Origin: an uncultured bacterium
GTDB taxonomy: Bacteria; Hydrothermota; UBA3073; NMUJ01; CBEVQO01
Assembly: GCA_965552055.1 (NCBI GenBank)
Contig: CBEVQO010000002.1
Coordinates: 192,001 to 256,000, forward strand
Length of the DNA stretch: 64,000 bases
Direction: 5' to 3'
Positions within the stretch are counted from its first letter, which is position 1, and every line of letters starts with the position of its first letter. The notes below the pieces were generated by a model, which saw only the letters and a list, made by a program, of their open reading frames with translations, was not told where the DNA came from and did not search any database. Positions 8,551-17,801 of this stretch are shown one piece after another. Made by a program: the position numbers and the translations under genes.

Positions 8551-10430
8551 TGGCAATCGGAAAACTGAAAAAGGTTTTGATTTGTGTCCATGAGAAAGAA
8601 GTTGATGATTTTTTAAAAGATTTACAAAAAGAAGGTATTTTACACATAACCGATATGAAAAAAAGCAAAGCAAAGGAAAAATTTGGTTTGAAAGAAAGAA
8701 CACCCGAATATTTATGGGAGATAGATTCAAAAATTGCACTCTTAAATCGTGTGATTAACATTTTAAAGCGATATGAAAAAGGCAAAGGTTTATTAAGTGA
8801 ACTCATAGGAGAAAAACCCGTAGTTGATGAAAGAATTTTTACAGAGGTAATATCACAAAGAAAATATTTTGAGATTGCAGAAAGATGCGATACACTTGAT
8901 AAAAAGTTGAATCGCCTTGAGAGAGAAAAAAATATGATTAAAAGCCAGATGGAAAAAATTTTGCCATGGAAAGATATAGAAATAGAGCTTGAAGAATTTT
9001 CAAAAGAAAGGAAAATAATGCTTTTCCCCGTCTATATTGAACGACCGCCCAAAGATTTTTATGAGAGGTTGAAAGATGCGCCCTTTGATTTTGAAGAAGT
9101 TAGAAAAGAAGAAAATAAAATCTATGGAATAATAGCTTTCCTAAGGGAAGAAGAACAAAGAGTTAGGGAATATCTATCGAAAATGGGAATGGAAATCCTT
9201 AGTTTTGAAGGATTAAAGGGGCGACCAAAAGATTTGCTTAAAAAATTTGAAGAAAACATTAAAAAATTTGAAGATGATATTAAAAAAATTGAAGAAGAAT
9301 TAAAAAAATTTTCATCGGAGATTGAAAAATTTTTAGTGCTTTATGATTATTATGTAAATGAGAGGGAGCGTTTGCAGTCAGAAGAAAATATGTTATCTTC
9401 TGAATATTTTGTGTGCATTCAGGGCTGGATAAGACCTGTTGATTTTAAAAAGTTGAGAAAAATTTGCGATAAATATACTTCTGCGAGTTATGAAGAAATA
9501 GAACCAGAGGAAGGAGAAGAGCCACCCGTTGCTTTTGAAAATCCAAAGATGATAAGACCTTTTGAATTGCTTACGAAATTATACAGCACGCCATCTGGAA
9601 AGGAACTTGACCCAACTCCATTTTTGTTTATTTTCTTCCCGATTTATTTTGCTTTGTGTCTGGGGGATGCAGGATATGGCATTGTTATGACAATTTTAGC
9701 CATTTACTTTTTGAAAAGGATAAAAGGTGGCAAAGAACTAATCTGGATTTTATTTGCAGGTGGCATAGTATCTATAATCATTGGTTTATTGCAGGGGTCA
9801 TTTTTTGGTGACCTTGCACAAGCTTTAAATTTGAAGCCAATTTTAAAAATGCAGATTATTGACCCATTGAAAAATGTAATGACATTGTTTGCCATTTCTT
9901 TATTTTTTGGTATTTTACAGGTAAATCTTGGTTTTGGGCTGGGTTTCGTGCAGACATTACGGAGAGAAGGGTTAGGTAGCGCTATAAAGGGTTACTGGGC
10001 TTGGTTATTGTTTTTGATTTTTGGAATACTTTTGATTTTGAGTTACAGATTTACATCCCTTGCCAGATATAAAACATTATTTATTGTGATAACGGGTGCT
10101 GCGATGATGATTTCGGGTGCTCTTGGTGATATTATTTCTTTTTCGAGATTGATGGCACTTGGTCTTGTTACATTTGGCATGGCTTTATCTATAAATATAC
10201 TTGTAAAGGTCTTTAAACAATTTCCGTATATTGGATTTATCCTTGCACCTTTAATATTCGTTTTTGGTCATTTTTTAAGCATCTTTGTAAATGTATTGGG
10301 TGCATTTGTGCATTCTTTGCGTCTTCAATATGCTGAATTTTTTACGAAATTTTTCACAGGAGGCGGTCAATTATTCAAACCTTTGAGTTATGAACAAAAG
10401 AATGTAATAATAGAGAAAAGTAGGGGGTAA
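8550..10430 (+). CDS. ntpI: V/A-type ATPase subunit I (a)
   Basis: QGWI, EPPV..EN, ELDPT, LGDAGYG, SFSRLMALGL, HSLRLQYAEFF. Confidence 0.95.
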   Translation: MAIGKLKKVLICVHEKEVDDFLKDLQKEGILHITDMKKSKAKEKFGLKERTPEYLWEIDSKIALLNRVINILKRYEKGKGLLSELIGEKPVVDERIFTEVISQRKYFEIAERCDTLDKKLNRLEREKNMIKSQMEKILPWKDIEIELEEFSKERKIMLFPVYIERPPKDFYERLKDAPFDFEEVRKEENKIYGIIAFLREEEQRVREYLSKMGMEILSFEGLKGRPKDLLKKFEENIKKFEDDIKKIEEELKKFSSEIEKFLVLYDYYVNERERLQSEENMLSSEYFVCIQGWIRPVDFKKLRKICDKYTSASYEEIEPEEGEEPPVAFENPKMIRPFELLTKLYSTPSGKELDPTPFLFIFFPIYFALCLGDAGYGIVMTILAIYFLKRIKGGKELIWILFAGGIVSIIIGLLQGSFFGDLAQALNLKPILKMQIIDPLKNVMTLFAISLFFGILQVNLGFGLGFVQTLRREGLGSAIKGYWAWLLFLIFGILLILSYRFTSLARYKTLFIVITGAAMMISGALGDIISFSRLMALGLVTFGMALSINILVKVFKQFPYIGFILAPLIFVFGHFLSIFVNVLGAFVHSLRLQYAEFFTKFFTGGGQLFKPLSYEQKNVIIEKSRG

Positions 10431-10431
10431 T

Positions 10432-10908
10432 ATGGAGTGGGGTTTAATCTTTGCGATTGGTGGTGCTGCAATTGCCACCTTTCTTGCGGGGACAGGTTCA
10501 GCAATAGGGTTAGGTATTGCCGGTAGAAGTTGCTCTGGAGTGCTGACAGAAGACCCCGGCAAATTCGGAACATTGTTTTTGCTCGCAGTACTCCCGAGTA
10601 CTCAGGGCTTCTATGGATTTGTTGTCACGATACTCATTCTGGTTAAACTGGGGCTTCTTGGTGGCAAACCCATAACTCCCACATTCTCTCAGGGTCTGCA
10701 GATATTCTGTGCTGCTTTACCCGTAGCTGTCGTTGGATTAACTTCTGGTATTCATCAGGGCAAGGTTTGTGCTGCAGGTGCTCAGATGGCAGCGAAACAA
10801 CCTGGTGATGTTATGAAACCCGTGATATATGCGGTTATGGTGGAAACTTATGCAGTGCTGGCATTTGTGGTAAGTTTGCTTATAATACTGATAGGGATAA
10901 AACTATGA
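10432..10908 (+). CDS. ntpK: V/A-type ATPase subunit K (c), Na+-binding type
   Basis: Four-TM proteolipid with LPSTQGFYG, SGIHQG and MVETYA. Confidence 0.93.
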   Translation: MEWGLIFAIGGAAIATFLAGTGSAIGLGIAGRSCSGVLTEDPGKFGTLFLLAVLPSTQGFYGFVVTILILVKLGLLGGKPITPTFSQGLQIFCAALPVAVVGLTSGIHQGKVCAAGAQMAAKQPGDVMKPVIYAVMVETYAVLAFVVSLLIILIGIKL

Positions 10909-11468
10909 GCAAGGTAGTTAAAAAAATAATGGAAGATGCAGAAAAAGAGAGACAGAAAATACTGGAAATGGCGAAGATAGAAGAAGATAAAATCTTGAAA
11001 GATGCCGAGAAAACATCGGAAGAGATAATAAAAAGGGCAGAAAAAGAAGCACAAATTCGCAAAGAAGACGAAAAAAATAGAAAATTAAGTGCAGTGAGAA
11101 TTAAAATAAGAAAAGAAATCCTTGCAAAGAAAAGAGAAATAATAGACGAATTGCTAAAAAAAGCATTAGAAAAAGTAATCCGAGACGAAGGATATTCAGA
11201 CAGGATGAAAGAATTACTGAAAAATTCTGTGGTAACAGGCGAAGAAGAAGTTATCGTGTCAAAAAATGAGAAAGTTCTGGATGATAAATGGTTGAAGGAA
11301 TTCAATAAAAAGGAGAAAACGAAATTGAAGCTGGTGAAAGAAGGAGATTTTATAGGTGGCTTTATTCTAAAATGTGGCAAAATAGAAGTTGACTGCACTC
11401 TCGAAAGCTTATTGCAAAGTAAAAGAACAGAGATAGAAATAAATCTCAATAAGATATTATTTGAATGA
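10905..11468 (+). CDS. ntpE: V/A-type ATPase subunit E
   Basis: N-terminal coiled coil, IGGFIL...IEVDCTLE. Confidence 0.9.
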   Translation: MSKVVKKIMEDAEKERQKILEMAKIEEDKILKDAEKTSEEIIKRAEKEAQIRKEDEKNRKLSAVRIKIRKEILAKKREIIDELLKKALEKVIRDEGYSDRMKELLKNSVVTGEEEVIVSKNEKVLDDKWLKEFNKKEKTKLKLVKEGDFIGGFILKCGKIEVDCTLESLLQSKRTEIEINLNKILFE

Positions 11469-11839
11469 CAGTAAAAAATCTGGATAAATATTACGAAGAA
11501 GGTTTAAAATATCTTGAAAAGGGAAATATTATTCAGGCAAGTGAAAAGTTATATAAATGTGCGGAGAATGCGATAAAATTTTTGAGCGAAAAATTAGAGA
11601 TTCCTGAATATAAAAAGGCAAAAGAAAAAGGCAAATGGAGTACAGTTTTGTTGTTTGAAGCGGTTAGAAGAATTTGCGATGTTTTAAAAAATCCGGAAAT
11701 CAGGCATTTGTGGGCAGAGGCATGGTTCATCCACACAGAGGGCTTTCATGAGGAGCGTCTCAAAAAAGAAGAGATTGAAGCAAGACTGGAAGACATTAAA
11801 AAATTAATTGAAATCGCCAGAAATGCAAAGAGAGATTGA
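11465..11839 (+). CDS. PaREP1-family (HEPN superfamily) protein
   Basis: KGNIIQASEKLYKCAENAIK, KGKW..LLF, AWFIHTEGFHE motifs typical of archaeal PaREP1. Confidence 0.8.
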   Translation: MTVKNLDKYYEEGLKYLEKGNIIQASEKLYKCAENAIKFLSEKLEIPEYKKAKEKGKWSTVLLFEAVRRICDVLKNPEIRHLWAEAWFIHTEGFHEERLKKEEIEARLEDIKKLIEIARNAKRD

Positions 11840-12830
11840 TATAGAAATTGGTGAAAATCTGGAATTTGTCTATGGTGTATCTTACATCCGTGCACTTGAG
11901 GTGCGTTTACTCACACATGAACGCATAAACCGCATGATAGAAGCAAAAACAGCAAACGAACTATTAAAAATATTGCAGGACACCATTTACGCAGATGCAT
12001 TGCCTTCACATCCTTCACTATATGAGTCAATAATCAAAACAGAAAGGGAAAAACTTTTTAAAATAATGGAAAAGTTACTTCCGGAAGAAACAATCAGATT
12101 ATTACGCTTAAGATACGACCTTCATAATATAAAAACAATGCTAAAAGGAAAAATTACAGAGAAAAAAGTAGAGCACCTTATTCTGCCTTACGGAAATATC
12201 TCAAAAAAAGAACTCGAAAGAATTTTCAGAGAGGAAACTTATTATAACCTGCCTTTTGATTTCGAAAAAGGAATAGAAGAAGCAGTTGACCTTTATTATA
12301 CTCGCAAAGACCCAAGATTTCTCGATGTAGCACTCGATAAACATTATTACAGAATATTGCTGGAAAATACAGAAAATTCTTACCTTACTAATTTGATAAA
12401 AACAGAAATTGACCTTGTAAATTTGAAATCACTTTTAAGAGCAAAATACAGTAAAATGGACAAAAGTTTTTATGCAGAAGCACTAATCGACGGTGGATTT
12501 CTATCAAAAGAAGTATTGTTAAAAGCTTACGATGCAGATTATGAAGAAATACCCCAAAGATTTGCTTATTCCGATTATAAAGACATACTTTCTGAAGGAA
12601 TCGAATATCTTACAAAGGAAAATTCATTTTTATTGTTTGAGAAACTTTGTGATAATCAATTTTTAGATGTTGCCCGTATTGCGAAATATTTAACATTTGG
12701 AGAAGAACCAATAATAGGTTATTATTTTGGAAGGGAAAACGAATTTAAAATTTTAAGGATAATTTTTGTGGGTAAACTTAATAAAATACCTGAAAAGCTT
12801 ATAAAGGACAGGGTGCCCGATGTCTATTAA
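11823..12830 (+). CDS. ntpC: V/A-type ATPase subunit C (d)
   Basis: IRALEVRLL, YDLHNIK, EIDLVNLK, FGEEPIIGYY..RENE. Confidence 0.92.
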   Translation: MQREIDIEIGENLEFVYGVSYIRALEVRLLTHERINRMIEAKTANELLKILQDTIYADALPSHPSLYESIIKTEREKLFKIMEKLLPEETIRLLRLRYDLHNIKTMLKGKITEKKVEHLILPYGNISKKELERIFREETYYNLPFDFEKGIEEAVDLYYTRKDPRFLDVALDKHYYRILLENTENSYLTNLIKTEIDLVNLKSLLRAKYSKMDKSFYAEALIDGGFLSKEVLLKAYDADYEEIPQRFAYSDYKDILSEGIEYLTKENSFLLFEKLCDNQFLDVARIAKYLTFGEEPIIGYYFGRENEFKILRIIFVGKLNKIPEKLIKDRVPDVY

Positions 12831-13146
12831 AATAGCAGCAGTAGGTGATAAAGATGTTATAATGCCGTTTAAAGCAATAGGGGTGGAGATTTTTCCAGTC
12901 CCAAAGCGCGAAGATACAGAAGGATTCGCAGAAACAATTACCCATAAGCTGATAAAGGAAGATTACGGATTAATAATTGTTACAGAGGATTATGCCGAAA
13001 AATTAAAAAAAGTATTTGACGAAATAAAAGAAAAGCCCTTACCTGTAATTGTTGTGATACCCGGGAGTGAAGGAGCAAAAGGCTTCACCTATGCACGCCT
13101 GAGAGAAATAATAAGAAAAGCAGTGGGTGTTGATATTCTCAAATGA
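12820..13146 (+). CDS. ntpF: V/A-type ATPase subunit F
   Basis: IAAVGDKD..MPFKAIG, IRKAVGVDI (called NtpG in Enterococcus nomenclature). Confidence 0.88.
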   Translation: MSIKIAAVGDKDVIMPFKAIGVEIFPVPKREDTEGFAETITHKLIKEDYGLIIVTEDYAEKLKKVFDEIKEKPLPVIVVIPGSEGAKGFTYARLREIIRKAVGVDILK

Positions 13147-13469
13147 TTCTAATTTTAATTATCTCCCTTCAAACTGATACGGTAAAAATTCATAAGAAAA
13201 TAATAGACCCATGGTTTTCGGAGGATAAATTTCATCATTTCTCTTACTCTTTTATGCTTACAATTTGTTCCTATCATTTTTTACATTGCACACAAAGTTG
13301 GGATAGAGATGATGCTTTGAAAACCTCTTCCCTTTTTACCATTTCACTTGGTATTTCAAAAGAAATTTTTGACAAATATTTTCGCAAAACATTTATAAGT
13401 TTTAAAGATTTGTTTTACGATTTCATGGGGGTATCTTTTGCTTTTCTTCTGTTAAGATTCACAGGGTAA
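13143..13469 (+). CDS. YfiM/DUF2279-like small membrane protein
   Basis: DPWFSEDKFHHF, GISKEIFD, SFKDL..D..G motifs. Confidence 0.65.
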   Translation: MILILIISLQTDTVKIHKKIIDPWFSEDKFHHFSYSFMLTICSYHFLHCTQSWDRDDALKTSSLFTISLGISKEIFDKYFRKTFISFKDLFYDFMGVSFAFLLLRFTG

Positions 13470-13476
13470 TTTTGCT

Positions 13477-14163
13477 TTACAATTGACATGTAACTTTTCC
13501 GTGTTCTGTGGGTCCCGGGCATGTATCGAACGAAAAATGATGCCACTTATCGCTCTCGGCTTCTAAATTAAAACCGATATCAACCACCATTCCCTTTTGT
13601 AAACCAATATCTGCCAATGGATAAGCAAGGATTATCCAGTTTTTGCCACTCCCTCCGCCCACCACAATGGCATCTTTATGCACAGCATATCTATCTTCTT
13701 CGGGCTCTTCAATACCTGTAGGCTGAGCAAAGAAATAAGCCCCTGTCTCTTTCTTCTCAAGGTCTATCATGAAACAAAGCAAGGCTTCAGCACCTCCATC
13801 AGATTGACATCCTGTAGAGGGGTCACGGTCAATATCAACAGGACACCATCCAGTAATCTTTTTGACAACATTATTATCCTGAGATACAACTGTGCCTTTG
13901 GGGAAATTTTCCGCAACTTCAAATTTAATATACAAATATTTATCATCACAGCCAACCGATACCGTTATTATATCCACGGGTCCGAATTCATACACGCCAT
14001 CCGGAGGTGCACCTCCAGGAGGTGTATAAAAGTCATTAAGCGAATCTGTAAAAGTATTATTAAGACATTTCTCTGCTTCTTCAACACTAACCTTTTCACC
14101 GGATAAAAACAGTGAACATCTCAAGATAAGAATTGACGCCATTATTAAAAATCTTTTACCCAT
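13477..14163 (-). CDS. Hypothetical lipoprotein
   Basis: Signal-like N-terminus with Cys; DIDRDPSTG Ca-loop-like motif. Confidence 0.55.
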   Translation of the reverse strand: MGKRFLIMASILILRCSLFLSGEKVSVEEAEKCLNNTFTDSLNDFYTPPGGAPPDGVYEFGPVDIITVSVGCDDKYLYIKFEVAENFPKGTVVSQDNNVVKKITGWCPVDIDRDPSTGCQSDGGAEALLCFMIDLEKKETGAYFFAQPTGIEEPEEDRYAVHKDAIVVGGGSGKNWIILAYPLADIGLQKGMVVDIGFNLEAESDKWHHFSFDTCPGPTEHGKVTCQL

Positions 14164-14164
14164 C

Positions 14165-15394
14165 TTATAACGCAATATCTTTACGATAATGCATTTTTTC
14201 GAATTTTATCTTTGAGATTTCTCTATATGCTTTTTCTCTTGCTTTTTCAAAATCTTTGTCAATTGCGACGACGCTCAAAACCCTTCCACCTGCTGTCAAA
14301 ACTTTATCGCCTTCTTTTTTCGTACCAGCATGAAATACAATTGCATCTTTCACATCGTTTAAACCTTCGATTTCAAACCCCTTCTCATATTTCCCCGGGT
14401 AACCTCCTGATGCTGCTACCACGCACACAGATTTTTCGTCTTTGAATTTTAAATTTATTTCTTTCAATCTTTCTTCAATTGTAGCAAGGATAGCTGGCAT
14501 GATGTCTGATTCAACGAGTGGCAGAATCGCCTGGGTCTCAGGGTCACCAAATCTACAGTTGAATTCAAGCACTTTTGGACCTTCTTCTGTTATCATCAAA
14601 CCCACATACAAAATGCCTTTATAAACTGCTCCCTCTTTTTTTAAGCCCCATATTACGGGTTCTGCTATCTTTTCAATTATTTCTTCGGGATTTTTTAGAT
14701 GGGGTGCAGGCGAGATAGAGCCCATACCCCCTGTATTTGGTCCTTCGTCTCCATCATAAAGCCGCTTATAATCCTGAGCTGTGGGTAACATTACAAAATC
14801 TTTACCATCGGTGAAACAGAAAAATGATGCTTCGTAACCTTCGAGATACTCTTCAATAACCACTTTCTCTCCTGATTTTCCAAGAACCTTATCAATCATT
14901 AATTCTTTAATTTTTTTCTTCGCTTCTTCTTTATCTTTTACAATAAAACTTCCTTTGCCCGCTGCCAATCCCGCTGCCTTTATCACAATGGGTGTTTTAA
15001 TCCCATCAATATATTTTATTGCATCATCATAATTTGTGAAAGTTTTAAATTCGGGTATCGGTATATTTAATTTTTTGCACAATTCTTTTGCGAATGCTTT
15101 ATCCGACTCTATCGTTGCAGCTTCTTTTACCGGTCCAAAACCTTTACCTTTTGGTATCTCATTTATTATGCCTTTTGCAAGAGGGTCTTCCGGTCCCACG
15201 ATTAAAAGATCAACTTCTTTTGCAAATTTTAAAATTTTTTCTATATCATCTGGTGGGATATCAAGGCATTCTGCTTCTTCGCACATTCCTGCATTTCCCT
15301 GCGTTACATAAATTTTGTCAACAAGCGGGCTTTGTTTTATCTTCCACAAGATTGCATGTTCCCTTCCACCTTTGCCAACAATAAGTACTTTCAT
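14165..15394 (-). CDS. purD: Phosphoribosylamine--glycine ligase
   Basis: GGREHA, VGPE, GLAAGKG, QDYKR, GPNTGGMG, FNCRFGDPETQ, GGRVL. Confidence 0.97.
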   Translation of the reverse strand: MKVLIVGKGGREHAILWKIKQSPLVDKIYVTQGNAGMCEEAECLDIPPDDIEKILKFAKEVDLLIVGPEDPLAKGIINEIPKGKGFGPVKEAATIESDKAFAKELCKKLNIPIPEFKTFTNYDDAIKYIDGIKTPIVIKAAGLAAGKGSFIVKDKEEAKKKIKELMIDKVLGKSGEKVVIEEYLEGYEASFFCFTDGKDFVMLPTAQDYKRLYDGDEGPNTGGMGSISPAPHLKNPEEIIEKIAEPVIWGLKKEGAVYKGILYVGLMITEEGPKVLEFNCRFGDPETQAILPLVESDIMPAILATIEERLKEINLKFKDEKSVCVVAASGGYPGKYEKGFEIEGLNDVKDAIVFHAGTKKEGDKVLTAGGRVLSVVAIDKDFEKAREKAYREISKIKFEKMHYRKDIAL

Positions 15395-16017
15395 TTTTCC
15401 TCCATCTCCTTTAAACATTCGCTAACATTTACGGGATTAGCAAGCCATTCAACATTTATGAAAAAGCCATTTATCTCTCTTGAAAAAACTTTGCCTTCTT
15501 TAAATTTTTTCTCTTTGTAATTTTCATCCCTGTGATAAAAGTAGATTTCAAGGTTATCGGGGTCGATGAACCACATCTCTTTAACTCCATATTGTTTGTA
15601 TTTTTCCTTTTTCTCAATCAAATCATAATTTTTAGTCCATGGCGATAAGATTTCGATTACAGCATCAGGACATCCTTCAAAATATTTGTCTTTTATTTTA
15701 TCAGTATTCTCATTTTTCACAAAAATAATATCGGGCTCAAAAACATCAAAATCCGATAACTTTACAGCAAACCTTGAACCAAGCACTTTTCCAAGTTTAT
15801 ACTTTTCGGTAAATAATCGCAATAAAGAATAAACAAAGCCAAAAAGTTCCTCATGCTTATAAGAGGCAGGCGATTTACAGATTAATTCGCCGTTCATGAG
15901 TTCAAAATTTGAATCTTCGTTTGTTATGATGAAAAATTCTTTTGCACTCATTCTTGGAATTTTGATAAGAAAAGGTTTTTTCACCTCTTTACCATCCACA
16001 AAAACTTTTATACTCAT
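15391..16017 (-). CDS. Uma2-family PD-(D/E)xK endonuclease-like protein
   Basis: ELMNG, EPDIIFV, PDAVIEILSP, YGVKEMWFIDP. Confidence 0.88.
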   Translation of the reverse strand: MSIKVFVDGKEVKKPFLIKIPRMSAKEFFIITNEDSNFELMNGELICKSPASYKHEELFGFVYSLLRLFTEKYKLGKVLGSRFAVKLSDFDVFEPDIIFVKNENTDKIKDKYFEGCPDAVIEILSPWTKNYDLIEKKEKYKQYGVKEMWFIDPDNLEIYFYHRDENYKEKKFKEGKVFSREINGFFINVEWLANPVNVSECLKEMEEK

Positions 16018-16022
16018 CCTTA

Positions 16023-16093
16023 ATTATAATTCAACATTAAAAAAGTCAACATTATTTTTAAAAAACTTGACAAACTTCTATCTTAATTATAAT
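16023..16093. promoter_or_regulatory. Divergent promoters TTGACT-N15-TATAAT (minus) and TTGACA-N15-TATAAT (plus)
   Basis: Minus 16049-16044 and 16028-16023; plus 16067-16072 and 16088-16093. Confidence 0.72.
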
Positions 16094-16204
16094 ATCCCGA
16101 TGAAAGGAATGATTTTCATTGAAGTTTGCGTAATTTGGAAGATGGGGGCACATTCTAAAATCATAAGTAGATTTTATCCTATCCTATCCTTGGTACTTTA
16201 GTGA

Positions 16205-16310
16205 AAGCGTACCCTGGAGGCGTAAATTTATTTAGTGAGCCCCGACCCCTTTAGGGGATAGGGGACGGGCGCCATCCCGACCCGAATGGGGCAATGGTGC
16301 GGGTGCAAGA
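16205..16310. other. GC-rich structured intergenic element (candidate cis-regulatory RNA or REP-like element)
   Basis: Nested stems GTACCC/GGGTGC, GCCC/GGGC, CCCC/GGGG and GCCAT/ATGGT in an AT-rich long leader. Confidence 0.4.
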
Positions 16311-16357
16311 GGCATCTGCGATGATCTTTGAAAAAAATTTATAAAAAGGAGGCTAAA

Positions 16358-16879
16358 ATGAAAAAGGAATTAATAGTTATTGGTTTGCTTTTAAGCATAA
16401 ATTATTTGTACGGCGATACAACCTTATTTCGGGCGGAATTTCATAAAGGAACAGGCTCAATATTATATCCATGTGATGTGGTTATCTCTGATGGTGAGAA
16501 GGTTTATGTAAAAACAGGTGTTACTTCTGTGGAACTTTTTGAGCCAGGTAAATATACTCTAACGTGGTCCTACAAAATAAATGGAAGCGAACATATAATG
16601 CATATTCCTTTTACATTGAAACCGGGTGAAAAAAGAGAACTGATTTTCCATGTATACGATCCTTCGGAAATTGAACCTCGCAAACATCTTTTTATTTTTA
16701 TGGAAGAAAAAGGATTAAGGTATGATTTGAAGTATAAATGGGATGAAGACCAGCAATGCGTCATAGGAACTCTAACTCATTACACAGGAAATAAATATAT
16801 TGGCATAGGAATCCGTATCGATGATGACGTACGAATAGGAAATAGAGTATATTCACAGAAACTGATTGTCTTAAGGTGA
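16358..16879 (+). CDS. Secreted hypothetical protein (PEGA/Ig-like)
   Basis: AAGGAGG RBS, signal peptide, EPGKYTL motif. Confidence 0.6.
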   Translation: MKKELIVIGLLLSINYLYGDTTLFRAEFHKGTGSILYPCDVVISDGEKVYVKTGVTSVELFEPGKYTLTWSYKINGSEHIMHIPFTLKPGEKRELIFHVYDPSEIEPRKHLFIFMEEKGLRYDLKYKWDEDQQCVIGTLTHYTGNKYIGIGIRIDDDVRIGNRVYSQKLIVLR

Positions 16880-16927
16880 AGGGAGTAAGTATGGTTATTT
16901 TTAGAAATGTTGAAAAAGGAGGGGAAA

Positions 16928-17800
16928 ATGAAGTATGCGGTTTTATTAGTTCATGGTTTATTTTTAGCAATAAGTTATCTATACGGGAATGCATACTCAA
17001 ATGACTTATCCTCAAAATATAAGCAAGTGACTGATACTGCTGCTTTCCCTAAGCTGAGAGAGAGTATTCGAAAACTAAACGAAGTGATTGCAAAAGACCC
17101 GAAGAACGCGAAGTTATATTATCAGCGTGCACAAATGTATCTTGCTGTATTAGAAATAGATAGTGCAATTAAGGATTTAAATAGAGCAATCCAATATAAC
17201 CCATGTGCTTTTTATTATAATGAAAGAGGATTCATTTATGCTTACGGTGCAAGGAGATATCGCGATGAATATGGAAATCTTTATATTTATCCTATTGAAG
17301 AGTATGGCAAAGCCATAGAAGACTTCACAAAAGCTCTGGAGATTGATCCAAACAATGACACAAGTTACTACAGGCGTGGACAAATTTATCATGCATTAAA
17401 CCAATGGGATAGAGCATTACGGGATTACAAGATGGCTGCTAAATTAGGTAAACATTGGTTCCAATATTATGCTTGTGCTACGATTCTTTTTCATATGGAT
17501 AGTTTAAAGCAAGCTTACGAATACATCCAGTTAGCCGAAAAATCTATTAATAAGACAAAGGAAGATATGTCATTAGATGAATTTAAGCTCGAATTAAGTA
17601 AAATATATGCTATCAGTGCCGTTACACTTTATTCAATGGGCAATAAAAACCAAGCACTTAGCGAATACAGAAAGGCAATGGAACTTAACCCAAACTGGTG
17701 GAAAGGTAATATCAATTTGCTAAAAGCCAAATTTAGCGAAGATATCCTATCCGTAGTAAGAAAATTATGTAAGGAATTAAATATCAAAATCACTGAATAA
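16928..17800 (+). CDS. Secreted TPR-repeat protein
   Basis: AIKDLNRAIQYNP, AIEDFTKALEIDP, YYRRG TPR motifs; signal peptide. Confidence 0.85.
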   Translation: MKYAVLLVHGLFLAISYLYGNAYSNDLSSKYKQVTDTAAFPKLRESIRKLNEVIAKDPKNAKLYYQRAQMYLAVLEIDSAIKDLNRAIQYNPCAFYYNERGFIYAYGARRYRDEYGNLYIYPIEEYGKAIEDFTKALEIDPNNDTSYYRRGQIYHALNQWDRALRDYKMAAKLGKHWFQYYACATILFHMDSLKQAYEYIQLAEKSINKTKEDMSLDEFKLELSKIYAISAVTLYSMGNKNQALSEYRKAMELNPNWWKGNINLLKAKFSEDILSVVRKLCKELNIKITE

Positions 17801-17801
17801 C

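Noticed and set aside
16205..16310. Possible tRNA, 6S RNA or ZTP riboswitch near purD/purH
   Set aside because: No D/anticodon/TTCGA arms; lacks ZTP (GACUGGCG...GCCUGGGC) and 6S hallmarks; kept only as an unassigned structured element
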